Shown here piece by piece: positions 40,199 to 49,176 of a stretch of 64,000 bases of DNA. The first letter of the stretch is position 1. The number at the start of each line of letters is the position of its first letter. The DNA lies in NCBI GenBank assembly GCA_002726235.1, contig PBSN01000008.1, positions 66,088 to 130,087 of the forward strand, read 5' to 3'. This DNA comes from Nitrospiraceae bacterium (GTDB lineage: Bacteria > Nitrospirota > Nitrospiria > Nitrospirales > UBA2166). Both the position numbers and the translations under genes were made by a program. The notes below the pieces were generated by a model. It searched no databases. It saw nothing but the letters and a program-made list of their open reading frames with translations, and was not told the origin of the DNA.

Positions 40199-42238
40199 TC
40201 AAGTATTCACAAGCGGTAAAGGATAGGCGCTTTCGGCAGGTACCATTTGTAAATTGCGCAGGAAGAGTGAGCCGATACTGCGGGCGTTTAAAACCTTCGA
40301 TAAAGTTTTACCCTGTATGTCCAGCAAAAGATCGCATGCTTCACGCCGCTTAGGAGTTTCCACCAGCTTTACCGCCATTCTATTGGTTGAAGGTGTAAAT
40401 CTATCTATAGACTTCTTGGTCAATTCTCCGATGTTTTCCGGAAAACTTACCATTTTTTCCTTCAATTCACAGTCTAATGGGGGGAAAAGTGCTGAGGTAA
40501 AAGTGCTGACATCTTCTAATATCATTTCCGGAATACGTGCAAAAGATGCGATGCTACTTTGAATTGCTGTATCAAAAGCGGACTTATATTCTTTTAGCAA
40601 GATAACGCTGAACAATATGTTCAACTTGTCGAATTCCTGATTGATTAAACGTTGAAAGTTGGTCTCATTGGAAAAGTAGGTTTCGATGTCTTCTGCGCTA
40701 TCAAACCATTCAGCATGGGAAAGCTCATCAAACCGATTAAAAAAAACTGCTATGAGGCTCTGGTTTGCGTTTGGAGGCGAGCAAGTCCTCTGAGTGATTT
40801 CCAAAATATTGCGAAAGACATCTATAGGGTTGATGCCATAAAACTGGGCTACTTTCAGGAGCGGTTTGTAAATATTTAAATTCCAGCAGAAATCAATTAG
40901 GAAATGCAATTTCCTAAAATAAAATAACTCTGACTCTCTCATCGTATTAGTCTCTCGTACACTCTCTTCATATTCGAAGGCATGCAGTGTTGACCCGTCA
41001 GAGCACCTGTATATTCCCGCGTCTCCATGGATGAGCCTAAACCGAGTTTTGAATCCAAACTCTTTGCGCGTTTGAGTCGAATTGGTTTCGGCCCCGGCAA
41101 GTAGACGGATGTTGTGGGTATATATAATATCAACGCCAATATCGAGAAGTTCTCTTAATGCGTCTTCATGACTTTCCTTGGTTTCACCACCCATTGGAAT
41201 GATCAATTCAGAAAACGTGTCCGACCCCATATTGCGAAATTTTTCATGGTAGTCAATATAGGTGTTCAAGGAGATATTAGAGCGTTTGATATTTTTCAAA
41301 ACCTGCTCATTCAAACTCTGAACAGACATGAAAACTACGACCATGTCCCCGAGTATTTCACCGATCTCAATGTTTCTTTGGCTGACGTTTTTGGCCATCC
41401 AAATATGGCATCTATGAGGATATCCCGTCGAATCCTTGACACGCCGAATAGCTCTAGCAATTTCAATATCACGCGGGAAAATTCCAAAATTGGCATCGCA
41501 GATGATCCAGTTTTTCGCCTGAGTCCTCTGACCCACGTAATCGACTTCAGCCAAAGTAGTGTCCACATCAAAACGGCTGATTCGGTCTTTAGAAGCAGCG
41601 CCCCATGCACAGAATGTACACTTGTATGGGCAACCGCGGTTGCTTTCGAACATTGGGACCATTCCGGCTTCGAGAAATTCATCTAAATAACCATTCAGGT
41701 ACGGTGAGGGAATATTGGTTATTATTTTCTTAAGAGGGCGAACTCCATTCGAAAGGATTTCTTTCCCATCACGCCAAACAATATTTTGCGGCAAATGGTT
41801 ATAGTCATGGTTGCTTTCACGCCACCAGGTAACTAGTTCGGAAAAGGGTTCCTCTCCACTATCGATAACAAGGAAATTCAAGTACTGATGCCGGTTGAGA
41901 AAAGCGAGGCGTCTTTCTTGGTCTGGATCGATATTAGGGCCTCCGGCCACAATCAGTGCATTTGGTAGAGTTTTTCTGATGTATCCGCCTACCGACCTAT
42001 TCAAAGTTTCGTTCCAACCATAGTTTGAAAGCCCTACGATATCAGGGCGTTCTTCCACGATTTTGGAAAGGAGTTTTTCGGGATGCTTGAATAAGGTGAT
42101 GTCGACGTTGGAGCCATGCATAGCTGTGGCATAGGATTTTATATAACCAATGTTTAGAGGGGTTAACAACGAATCGTTTTGAACGGAATGGGTGTGGGCC
42201 AAGTCAGCTAGAAAAATTTTGGTCGCTTTTTTCATCAT
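40199..42238 (-). CDS. Cobalamin-binding radical SAM enzyme
   Basis: B12-binding domain (DIVGLSNYGWN, VAGGPN, GEEPF), RGCPYKCTFCAWG CxxxCxxC, DANFG; visibly AT-richer than its flanks. Confidence 0.9.
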   Translation of the reverse strand: MMKKATKIFLADLAHTHSVQNDSLLTPLNIGYIKSYATAMHGSNVDITLFKHPEKLLSKIVEERPDIVGLSNYGWNETLNRSVGGYIRKTLPNALIVAGGPNIDPDQERRLAFLNRHQYLNFLVIDSGEEPFSELVTWWRESNHDYNHLPQNIVWRDGKEILSNGVRPLKKIITNIPSPYLNGYLDEFLEAGMVPMFESNRGCPYKCTFCAWGAASKDRISRFDVDTTLAEVDYVGQRTQAKNWIICDANFGIFPRDIEIARAIRRVKDSTGYPHRCHIWMAKNVSQRNIEIGEILGDMVVVFMSVQSLNEQVLKNIKRSNISLNTYIDYHEKFRNMGSDTFSELIIPMGGETKESHEDALRELLDIGVDIIYTHNIRLLAGAETNSTQTRKEFGFKTRFRLIHGDAGIYRCSDGSTLHAFEYEESVRETNTMRESELFYFRKLHFLIDFCWNLNIYKPLLKVAQFYGINPIDVFRNILEITQRTCSPPNANQSLIAVFFNRFDELSHAEWFDSAEDIETYFSNETNFQRLINQEFDKLNILFSVILLKEYKSAFDTAIQSSIASFARIPEMILEDVSTFTSALFPPLDCELKEKMVSFPENIGELTKKSIDRFTPSTNRMAVKLVETPKRREACDLLLDIQGKTLSKVLNARSIGSLFLRNLQMVPAESAYPLPLVNT

Positions 42239-42248
42239 TTGATTAGCT

Positions 42249-42259
42249 GGGGGGGGGGG
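42249..42259. repeat. G11 homopolymer tract
   Basis: 11 consecutive G (C11 on the coding strand), 10 nt upstream of the radical SAM ATG. Confidence 0.85.
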
Positions 42260-42630
42260 CTTAGGAGGAATTTACGCTGACAGTTAGGTTTCGCGATCAA
42301 GATGCTTTGCGCTATTTTAAGCAGCCATTTTTCATTTTTTGTTAACTTAGCTTAAGTAAGGTTTTCATTGAAAAGTAAAAAATCTTTGAAGCTTGTCTCG
42401 AGTAGGAAAGTATCTCTTGAAGCTCAAACCTTTGTTCGAATTCGCGCCAAAGTATAACATTTATTTGCCTTTCTTTGAAGACACGGTTTTTTAAAAAAGA
42501 AATTTTAAATTGACTGAAAGTGTATCTATTTTGGAGAAATTTGCTCTTAGCACTGGATCAACTTTACACGCCGTGGTCTCTTTGCTACCTTCAGACTATT
42601 CCAGAATGATCCTTTGAATTCTTTTTTCTA

Positions 42631-42867
42631 AACACGCTGTGATGCTCACGTAAAATGCATGTTGAGGCAGTAGGTAAAAGAAAATCGATTCGAATCAGTG
42701 ATCGTCAACGGCATTATCATTAATCACCATGGTCAGATTTGAGTTTTTCTCAATGTATCGAAATGTATCGAGCAGAATGACTTTTGCGATGGGGATGCTT
42801 GTAAGGGAGAGTGGTGGATATATCACGGCTGCATCTCACGGAGTAGACCATGGGTGAAACCGTGCTT
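42631..42867 (+). repeat. Direct repeat copy 2 (decayed ntrY 3' end with an internal deletion, plus the functional RBS/start of REC-lpxC)
   Basis: GATGCTCA..ATGTTGAGG, GTGATCGTCAACGGCATTATCATTAATCACCATGG and GCATCTCACGGAGTAGACCATGG all match the ntrY tail. Confidence 0.8.
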
Positions 42868-44112
42868 ATTGTCGACGACGAGACCGCAATTCTGGAGTCT
42901 GTTTCCGGCATTCTACAAGACGAAGGGTTTAGTGTTGTGGCTGCGAATTGCAGTCGTGACGCCTTGGCCATGATCAAGAAGTGTAATCCGTCACTTGTTC
43001 TCCTTGATGTCTGGATGCCAGATGAGGATGGCTTGACACTTTTAACGCGGCTCAAGACTTTGAGGCCGAACATGCCGGTGATCTTGATTACCGGTCATGG
43101 GACTATTGATACAGCTGTTCGTGCCATTCGACTTGGCGCTGTGGACTTTCTCGAAAAGCCTCTTTCATTAGACGGTCTTGTTCAAGCTGTCAAAGGAGCA
43201 ATTGGGAATGAAGTGACCAAGGTGGATGTGTTGCCCGTAAGCCAGACTGTCAAAAATCGCTATCGTGGTAGCAAAAGAGTATCGTCAGTGCCGCAACGAA
43301 CAGTGGCTAAGAGTGTCGTGATAGGGGGAGTGGGGTTACACAGTGGTGTACGAACTGGCCTGATTTTGCAACCACTCGGATTGAACAATGGGATTCGATT
43401 TAGCAGTCTTGCTGGTGATGGCGTGGTTGAGGCCCATCTTGATAATGTCGACTTGACTGGATATGCCACCACGCTTCTCAAAGATGGGATGCGAGTACGC
43501 ACAGTGGAACATTTCATGTCGTCGTTGCACGCTTATGGTATTACAAATCTTTTGGTGAAAGTTGAAGGAGAACTTCCAATTCTTGATGGTTCTGCCAGCG
43601 AATTTTGCGAATTACTTGAGTCCGCTGGCATTGAAGAACAAGCGGGGACCTTGCCACAGATTGTCATCAAAGAACCAATTAGTGTGACAGACGGATTAGA
43701 TGCCGAGATCTCGATTAGCCCGTATGAGGGATTTAAGATCACCTACGAACTCTCTCATCCACCTCCCGTTGGCGATCAAACATACACCTTTGAACTAGAC
43801 TCACCTGCTGCCTTCTGTAACGAAATTGCCCCGGCGCGTACCTTCGGATTTTTAAATGAGGTGAGTGAATTGGAAGAAATGGGACTGGCCAAGGGGGGGA
43901 AACTCGACAACGTCATTCTCGTTTCAGATCACGGAGTGATTAATACCCCACTGCGGTTTTTAGAGGAATTTGCTCGCCACAAAATTCTCGACATCATAGG
44001 AGATTTTTATTTACTCGGACGGCCAATCAGCGGTGCAGTTCATGCACGAAAAACTGGCCATACCGAAAACATTGCACTGCTACGAAAAATTCGAGAAACC
44101 ATGAAACTCTAG
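42850..44112 (+). CDS. lpxC: Response-regulator receiver domain fused to UDP-3-O-acyl-GlcNAc deacetylase (REC-LpxC)
   Basis: aa 1-120 NtrX-like REC (IVDDE, LLDVWMP, ITGHG, FLEKP); from about aa 148 LpxC (QRTV, GVGLHSG, TVEH, ELPILDGSA, EIAPARTFGF, RHKILDIIGD, TGH). Confidence 0.93.
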   Translation: MGETVLIVDDETAILESVSGILQDEGFSVVAANCSRDALAMIKKCNPSLVLLDVWMPDEDGLTLLTRLKTLRPNMPVILITGHGTIDTAVRAIRLGAVDFLEKPLSLDGLVQAVKGAIGNEVTKVDVLPVSQTVKNRYRGSKRVSSVPQRTVAKSVVIGGVGLHSGVRTGLILQPLGLNNGIRFSSLAGDGVVEAHLDNVDLTGYATTLLKDGMRVRTVEHFMSSLHAYGITNLLVKVEGELPILDGSASEFCELLESAGIEEQAGTLPQIVIKEPISVTDGLDAEISISPYEGFKITYELSHPPPVGDQTYTFELDSPAAFCNEIAPARTFGFLNEVSELEEMGLAKGGKLDNVILVSDHGVINTPLRFLEEFARHKILDIIGDFYLLGRPISGAVHARKTGHTENIALLRKIRETMKL

Positions 44113-44139
44113 TAGAATGTTCAAATGGCAACAATGATT

Positions 44140-44313
44140 ATTGTTCTCCGTCGCCGCAACCATCTTCTGCGAGCGTCGTACTTCACTTCGCGTTCACGAA
44201 CTGCTTTGGTCCATCGCCATCATCGGAACTCACTAGGACACTTAGCGCAGGTGGTGCAGACCTTCGGCACCGTCCGGTTCTACTAAAGCTCGCTCGTCGA
44301 TCCTAGTACGCAC
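44140..44313 (-). mobile_element. Probable truncated 5' fragment (domain I) of a group II intron; left boundary approximate
   Basis: Minus strand starts GTGCG at 44313, then an ACTAGGA/TCCTAGT-closed multi-stem with a GGTGC/GCACC hairpin and an AAAGC..GTGAACGCGAAGTGAA segment; no domain V or RT ORF. Recognised from memory only. Confidence 0.45.
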
Positions 44314-44401
44314 AATCTGCACAATTGATAATCCCCATAATTGCCCTTCTTAAGGGAGCGAAACGATGATAATCGTGTCGTTGGAAAACCATCGAGTGCA
44401 A

Positions 44402-45052
44402 TTATCGTATCTGGTCAGATTGTTTCTCAAGTAGCATTACATCATTCTCTTCGCAGATCAGTACAGCGTGCCATTGAGTGGCTAGCCATTCAAACGTTTT
44501 GCGGGAGAAAAAACACACATGGGTTGGGTCACGCTTATAGTACCACTGAGCAAATGTGTCATGTTCTGGCACAAGTTGGGTCATGATCCCAAGGATTCCT
44601 CCTGGTGTCAGGATTGTCCATAGACGGTCCAATTCAATTCTCGGGTAGTGAAGGTGCTCGACCACTTCGGTTGCGGTAATGAAGTCATAGGGTGCATCTA
44701 GTACCGCAGGATTTGGTGCATAGAAATGATCATAGAGTGCCATTGAATGTCCAACTTCCTCAAACATCACAGATAGTGTTGGACCGGGGCCGGAACCAAA
44801 ATCGAGGCCGCGGCTTCCTGGGGCCAATCGATTTTGCATGGGAATGAATAACCGGCTGAGAAATGCTCGATATTTTGGATCCTCATAACTGTTCTGATGA
44901 GTATCATAACGTGCTTTTTCTTCTTCCGTCGACAGATAGTGTGCGGAGGGAACGAAGACTAATTTACATGTTTGGCATTGGAAATACTCGCGGTCTTTGT
45001 CTGTGTAGAAGAGTTTGATCGCGTCCTCTGTTTGGCACAGTGGACACATCAT
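44402..45052 (-). CDS. Class I SAM-dependent methyltransferase with N-terminal CxxC..CxxC
   Basis: CPLC..CQTC, LDFGSGPGP, TEVVEH, WYYKRDPTHV; ATG 45052 overlaps the upstream stop. Confidence 0.88.
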   Translation of the reverse strand: MMCPLCQTEDAIKLFYTDKDREYFQCQTCKLVFVPSAHYLSTEEEKARYDTHQNSYEDPKYRAFLSRLFIPMQNRLAPGSRGLDFGSGPGPTLSVMFEEVGHSMALYDHFYAPNPAVLDAPYDFITATEVVEHLHYPRIELDRLWTILTPGGILGIMTQLVPEHDTFAQWYYKRDPTHVCFFSRKTFEWLATQWHAVLICEENDVMLLEKQSDQIR

Positions 45053-45369
45053 ACATACCACACGCCGTTGCTTATGAAGCAATTGATTGAATCGAGGATC
45101 ATGTGAATGAGCAATCCGATTCCAATGAGCCGTAGTTTTTTGGCAAAGCACAAGATTCCGTACATGGCGATTGCGATTGGATTATGAAGAGGGTGGAATC
45201 CGACGCTGCATCGGTTGGGGTCGTAAATTGGGTCAGCGAGAAGGTGGTCAAGATCCACGAACATTGTGGACATCATTACGAGATAGCTGATACGCCAGGT
45301 CGTTGTAAAAGCTAGTTTCGCGACAATTGCGGGAATGATGAAATGGAGGACAAGATGTGAAATCGCAAT
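45049..45369 (-). CDS. DUF6122-family membrane protein (ATT start or damaged start)
   Basis: HLVLHFIIP..., VDLDHLLADPIYDPNRCSVGFHPLH, GLLIHMILD. Confidence 0.75.
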   Translation of the reverse strand: MAISHLVLHFIIPAIVAKLAFTTTWRISYLVMMSTMFVDLDHLLADPIYDPNRCSVGFHPLHNPIAIAMYGILCFAKKLRLIGIGLLIHMILDSINCFISNGVWYV

Positions 45370-45392
45370 CTCTCACAGAGAGGTTCAACTGT

Positions 45393-45863
45393 TCATGTTT
45401 TTATCACAATAGTTCCTGCTAGCTTGTCGTGCCATCCTTGCTTTTGTTTATCGAACGCAACCCAGAGAAGGCCGAGCATCAACGGAATGGTTGAGAAAAA
45501 GTATGCAAAGTAGCGCCAGATCAGTTTTCCTGGTGTAGGGTTACCGCATGTTCTTGCGTCTACGATTTTGATACGTAGGATCATTTTTCCTGGAGTGGCA
45601 GCACGAAATACCCAAAAGACAATGACCACGACAGCTGGCATGACCCATGTAATCAGGAACGTTGATAGGCCTCCGGCTGTTTTCCCGGAAAGAATTAAGT
45701 CCATACTATCTGTTCCAATCAGCAACGGGGTGATGAGGAACAGTAATAGTATGGAATCAATGGTGGATGCAGCTACACGGATCAAAAACCCTGCGTACAT
45801 TGGTTTCGAAGCGTTTTCGCCAGAGGCTCCATGTTGTGGAGGCTGACCTGATTGCTGGTCCAT
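45393..45863 (-). CDS. RDD family membrane protein
   Basis: YAGFLIRVAASTID, TPGK, KQGWHDKLAGT. Confidence 0.9.
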   Translation of the reverse strand: MDQQSGQPPQHGASGENASKPMYAGFLIRVAASTIDSILLLFLITPLLIGTDSMDLILSGKTAGGLSTFLITWVMPAVVVIVFWVFRAATPGKMILRIKIVDARTCGNPTPGKLIWRYFAYFFSTIPLMLGLLWVAFDKQKQGWHDKLAGTIVIKT

Positions 45864-45889
45864 TCGGTTTTCCCTGTGTCTTGCCTGAG

Positions 45890-47593
45890 TTATATGTTAT
45901 CTGCTTGCAAGGCATCAAGGCGTAGCTCAAAAATCGTACATGGCATAGTGATCTGCCAATTATCAAGTACTTGTGGATGGAGTTCGCCGAGGAGGCCACA
46001 TGGCTCCTGATTCAGTGTGAGTTGTCCGACACGGCCATCAATGAAAGATGGATGTGTTGTTGGTTTGACTTTGTATGATAAGCCGAGGGTGTAAAACAGT
46101 AGGTCAACGTAGGAGTGTATTTCCGAAAAGTTGGCATTTGGGTGGGCTAAGAGTGCGCCGATGGCGTTGAGTGTTCGAGTGCCGGATTCGGTGTTCGGGT
46201 CTGGTTGTACGATCTCGCCTGCTTCGAAGAGGCAATGAGGATAGAAACTATGAGAAGACGCGGCTTCTACACGAAGTAACGAAGGAATTATCCATTGCCG
46301 GACACAGCTATAGGTGAGGGACATCACGTTGTCAACCTCGATGATGTCTGTGGTCGGGAGGTTCATCCGAATCGCCAAGTCTTCCTGTGAGGACAAGATG
46401 TTCGAAAGGATTTCTTGAAATCCAAACCCAATCATGAGTTCGCGGACTTTGTCCGAGATTATCTCAGATTGAGAAAGGCTTCCGACGGTGAACTCGGAAG
46501 GGAGGGCGGTTGAAAAGGCGTTATACCCAGTGCTGATGGCAATGTCCTCGATGGCATCGACGGGGTGCATGAGGTCATCACGGTAGGGAGGTTGTTTCAC
46601 GTAGAGAGTTTTTACGTGTGACTTGACCTGATATCCATATTCAATTAGCGCTTGTTTTCCTTCGTTCAAGGTTAGTGAGTTACCAAGGGTGGCATTGATG
46701 ATCTCCTGAGGCACTTCGATCTCTGACCCACAATCATACGGCACGTGAATTGATTTCCCGAATTCTGTCGGCGCAGGATAGAGTACCTCTATGGAATCAA
46801 TTTTCGCCTTACGATCGGCGAAATTAGCTGCGAGAATATTAATCGCATGCAGGACCATGCGTAGATCGGTTCCAGTCACCTCGACGAACAGGTTTTTATC
46901 GCCAACCTGCACTTCCCCAATTTCACGGCTATTGATGATTGGGGGGAAGGAAAGGATAGTCCCATTGGCATCGGTGAGCAATGGGCAGTGTTGTTTGCCG
47001 TCTTGACCGATCAGCGTGGATTTGTACTCAATCCCTTTGGGATGGCATTCTAGGATCTCCGTCAGCGTCATTGGCTCGTCAAATCCTAACGGAGTGAAAC
47101 GCACGGTGTCAGGGTCTGCGATGGTATACGTGACGGGGAACTGTATGGGATCAAGCCGATAAATGCCGATGGACACGCTCTTTCGTTTACGTCCGAAGAT
47201 ATCGGCCAGTTTTTCCTGTGTTTGGATCAGTTGTGCCAATCCTCGATCTGAGAGTGTGTAGCCTGTTGCCTTAAAACCGCCAATATACTGCCTGATTACA
47301 TGAAGACCGTGTCCGACCTTGATTTGATCGAGAGTCTTCTTCGCTGGTTTGAAAAACGAATAGGGGAGGAGCTTCTCATCCAGTTTTGTGCGAATTTGGC
47401 GTGCAATTCCCTCAGTACACCAGAGATCTGGACGATTGGTATCTTGAAGTTCGATCTTAAGCGTGTCCGTTGCAGGTTCATAGTCCTTGATTTCGCCCTT
47501 TGCCAGCAGTATCCATTTGTCTAATTCCTCAAGGGTGAACGTGTGCCCGATGAGTGTTTCGAGGTCTTGTTTTGGAAAATCAATCGTTGGCAT
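45890..47593 (-). CDS. pheT: Phenylalanine-tRNA ligase beta subunit, archaeal/eukaryotic short type
   Basis: 567 aa, MPTI start, NRPDLW, GRKRK..SIG.Y, LSFPPIINS, RDDLMHPVDAIEDIAI; lacks bacterial B2/B8 domains. Confidence 0.92.
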   Translation of the reverse strand: MPTIDFPKQDLETLIGHTFTLEELDKWILLAKGEIKDYEPATDTLKIELQDTNRPDLWCTEGIARQIRTKLDEKLLPYSFFKPAKKTLDQIKVGHGLHVIRQYIGGFKATGYTLSDRGLAQLIQTQEKLADIFGRKRKSVSIGIYRLDPIQFPVTYTIADPDTVRFTPLGFDEPMTLTEILECHPKGIEYKSTLIGQDGKQHCPLLTDANGTILSFPPIINSREIGEVQVGDKNLFVEVTGTDLRMVLHAINILAANFADRKAKIDSIEVLYPAPTEFGKSIHVPYDCGSEIEVPQEIINATLGNSLTLNEGKQALIEYGYQVKSHVKTLYVKQPPYRDDLMHPVDAIEDIAISTGYNAFSTALPSEFTVGSLSQSEIISDKVRELMIGFGFQEILSNILSSQEDLAIRMNLPTTDIIEVDNVMSLTYSCVRQWIIPSLLRVEAASSHSFYPHCLFEAGEIVQPDPNTESGTRTLNAIGALLAHPNANFSEIHSYVDLLFYTLGLSYKVKPTTHPSFIDGRVGQLTLNQEPCGLLGELHPQVLDNWQITMPCTIFELRLDALQADNI

Positions 47594-47598
47594 GGGTG

Positions 47599-49176
47599 TT
47601 AAAATGGCATTGGTTGCTGACGGATGAGGTCGAGATTGGCAGTAAAGAGATCGCGAATATCATGAATTCCCAGTGCGATCATTGCCATGCGGTCCAGTCC
47701 TAGGCCCCATGCGATGACGGGGACTTTGATGCCTAGTGGATGCGTAACTTCTGGCCGTAGCAGTCCAGCCCCTCCAAGTTCCATCCAGCCTAATTTCGGA
47801 TGTTCGACATGCAGTTCAACTGAGGGTTCGGTAAATGGAAAGTATGCTGGTGCGAATTTCACCTTTGTGGTTTGCGCCATCTCCTTTGCAAAGAGTGATA
47901 AGAGTCCGAGGAGTGTCTGGAAGTTGATGGTGTTTCCAAGCACGATACCTTCTGTTTGGAAAAAGTCAGTAGCATGGGTGGCATCAATCTGGTCATAGCG
48001 AAAACAGCGTGCCATGGAAAAATATTTTCCGGGAATCTTCGGTTGTGACGCGAGAGTTCGCGATGATACTGCAGTTCCTTGGCTACGGAGGACCAGACGT
48101 CGAGTCTGTTGCTCATTGAAGGAGTAGCGCCAGCCTCGGGACCCTGTTGTCCAGCCATCACGATGGGTTTGGGAAACTCGGCTAACATAAGGTTCAGGGA
48201 TAGGTTCTGAATACGCAGGACTCTTCACGAAATACACATCATGGATATCGCGGGCGGGGTGAAATTGCGGCATGTAGAGCGTGTCCATATTCCAGAATTC
48301 ACTTTCGACGATCGGACCACGCATTTCCTCGAAACCCATGCTGACCAATGTTGTTTTGACTTTGTCCAAAAATGATCGGTAAGGATGCTTTTTTCCTGCA
48401 GTAATTCGTGGGGGACGTAGCGCGATGTTGTATGGGCGGGGGGCACGCGTTCGCCACGATCCGTCTTTCAATATTTCAGGCGTCAGTTGTGCGTAGCCCT
48501 CTTTGACTCCAGTGGTCATCACGTTTGTGGCAATTGCTTGCCCTGCGTCAGTGAGTGCAAAGGATCGCGTGATATGTTCATCAACCCGAAACGGTTCTTG
48601 TGAACGTCCTCGCCGTTGGGAAAAGGTATCGATGATCTTGCGTTCCGTATCAGGTCGCGTGTCGTAGCTTGCCGGACCGTGAGCGATATCTTCGATGAGC
48701 ATACGGAGCGTAGACGTTAGCTCACTCACTGGTGATGTTGGTTCGAGTACTCCTCCAGGACCTATCTGAAGGGACCCTTCTGTTTTTAGCGCTCCGATGG
48801 GACCACTCAGGTCGCTTGCCTGTAGGCCTAGCGTCTCCTGAAGGGTTTTCATGGTGAGAAGGCCGCCCTGTTGCTTAGCTTCCGTGGCTCCAGTGAAAAT
48901 TCGTTCTAAGAGGGATCCTTCTTCAGAAAACTTAGTGCCTACTGAGGTGAGGGAGACGACTTTTGTGAGAACCTCTGACGTGATCGTGATGTACTGCTTG
49001 GCTTGCATCCATCCGATGCTCATGCTGACTTGTGCAGGGTCGAGGCCAGTATGTGCTGCGAGGTCAGCTTCGCTGGTGGGGGATTGTTTATGCAAGTCGC
49101 TAAGGATGGCGACTTCGAGTGGATGAAGGCTTGAGAGTTGGTGCTCCTCTAGAGGAGACGATTCTTTTTGTGTCAT
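47599..49176 (-). CDS. pheS: Phenylalanine-tRNA ligase alpha subunit, archaeal/eukaryotic long type
   Basis: 525 aa with long N-terminal extension; FWNMD.L..PQ.HPARD, DATH, YFPFTEPS, AWGLGLDR. Confidence 0.93.
   Translation of the reverse strand: MTQKESSPLEEHQLSSLHPLEVAILSDLHKQSPTSEADLAAHTGLDPAQVSMSIGWMQAKQYITITSEVLTKVVSLTSVGTKFSEEGSLLERIFTGATEAKQQGGLLTMKTLQETLGLQASDLSGPIGALKTEGSLQIGPGGVLEPTSPVSELTSTLRMLIEDIAHGPASYDTRPDTERKIIDTFSQRRGRSQEPFRVDEHITRSFALTDAGQAIATNVMTTGVKEGYAQLTPEILKDGSWRTRAPRPYNIALRPPRITAGKKHPYRSFLDKVKTTLVSMGFEEMRGPIVESEFWNMDTLYMPQFHPARDIHDVYFVKSPAYSEPIPEPYVSRVSQTHRDGWTTGSRGWRYSFNEQQTRRLVLRSQGTAVSSRTLASQPKIPGKYFSMARCFRYDQIDATHATDFFQTEGIVLGNTINFQTLLGLLSLFAKEMAQTTKVKFAPAYFPFTEPSVELHVEHPKLGWMELGGAGLLRPEVTHPLGIKVPVIAWGLGLDRMAMIALGIHDIRDLFTANLDLIRQQPMPF

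Noticed and set aside
40199..42238. Hopanoid methylase HpnP/HpnR or HpnJ
   Set aside because: Longer than those enzymes as I recall them, foreign composition and 29 kb from shc; cannot be assigned without phylogeny
44140..44240. ykkC/guanidine-I riboswitch resemblance (CTAGTGAGTTCCG…GATGGACC)
   Set aside because: The conserved 3' ACAAAAGCCCGG element is missing and there is no downstream gene on that strand
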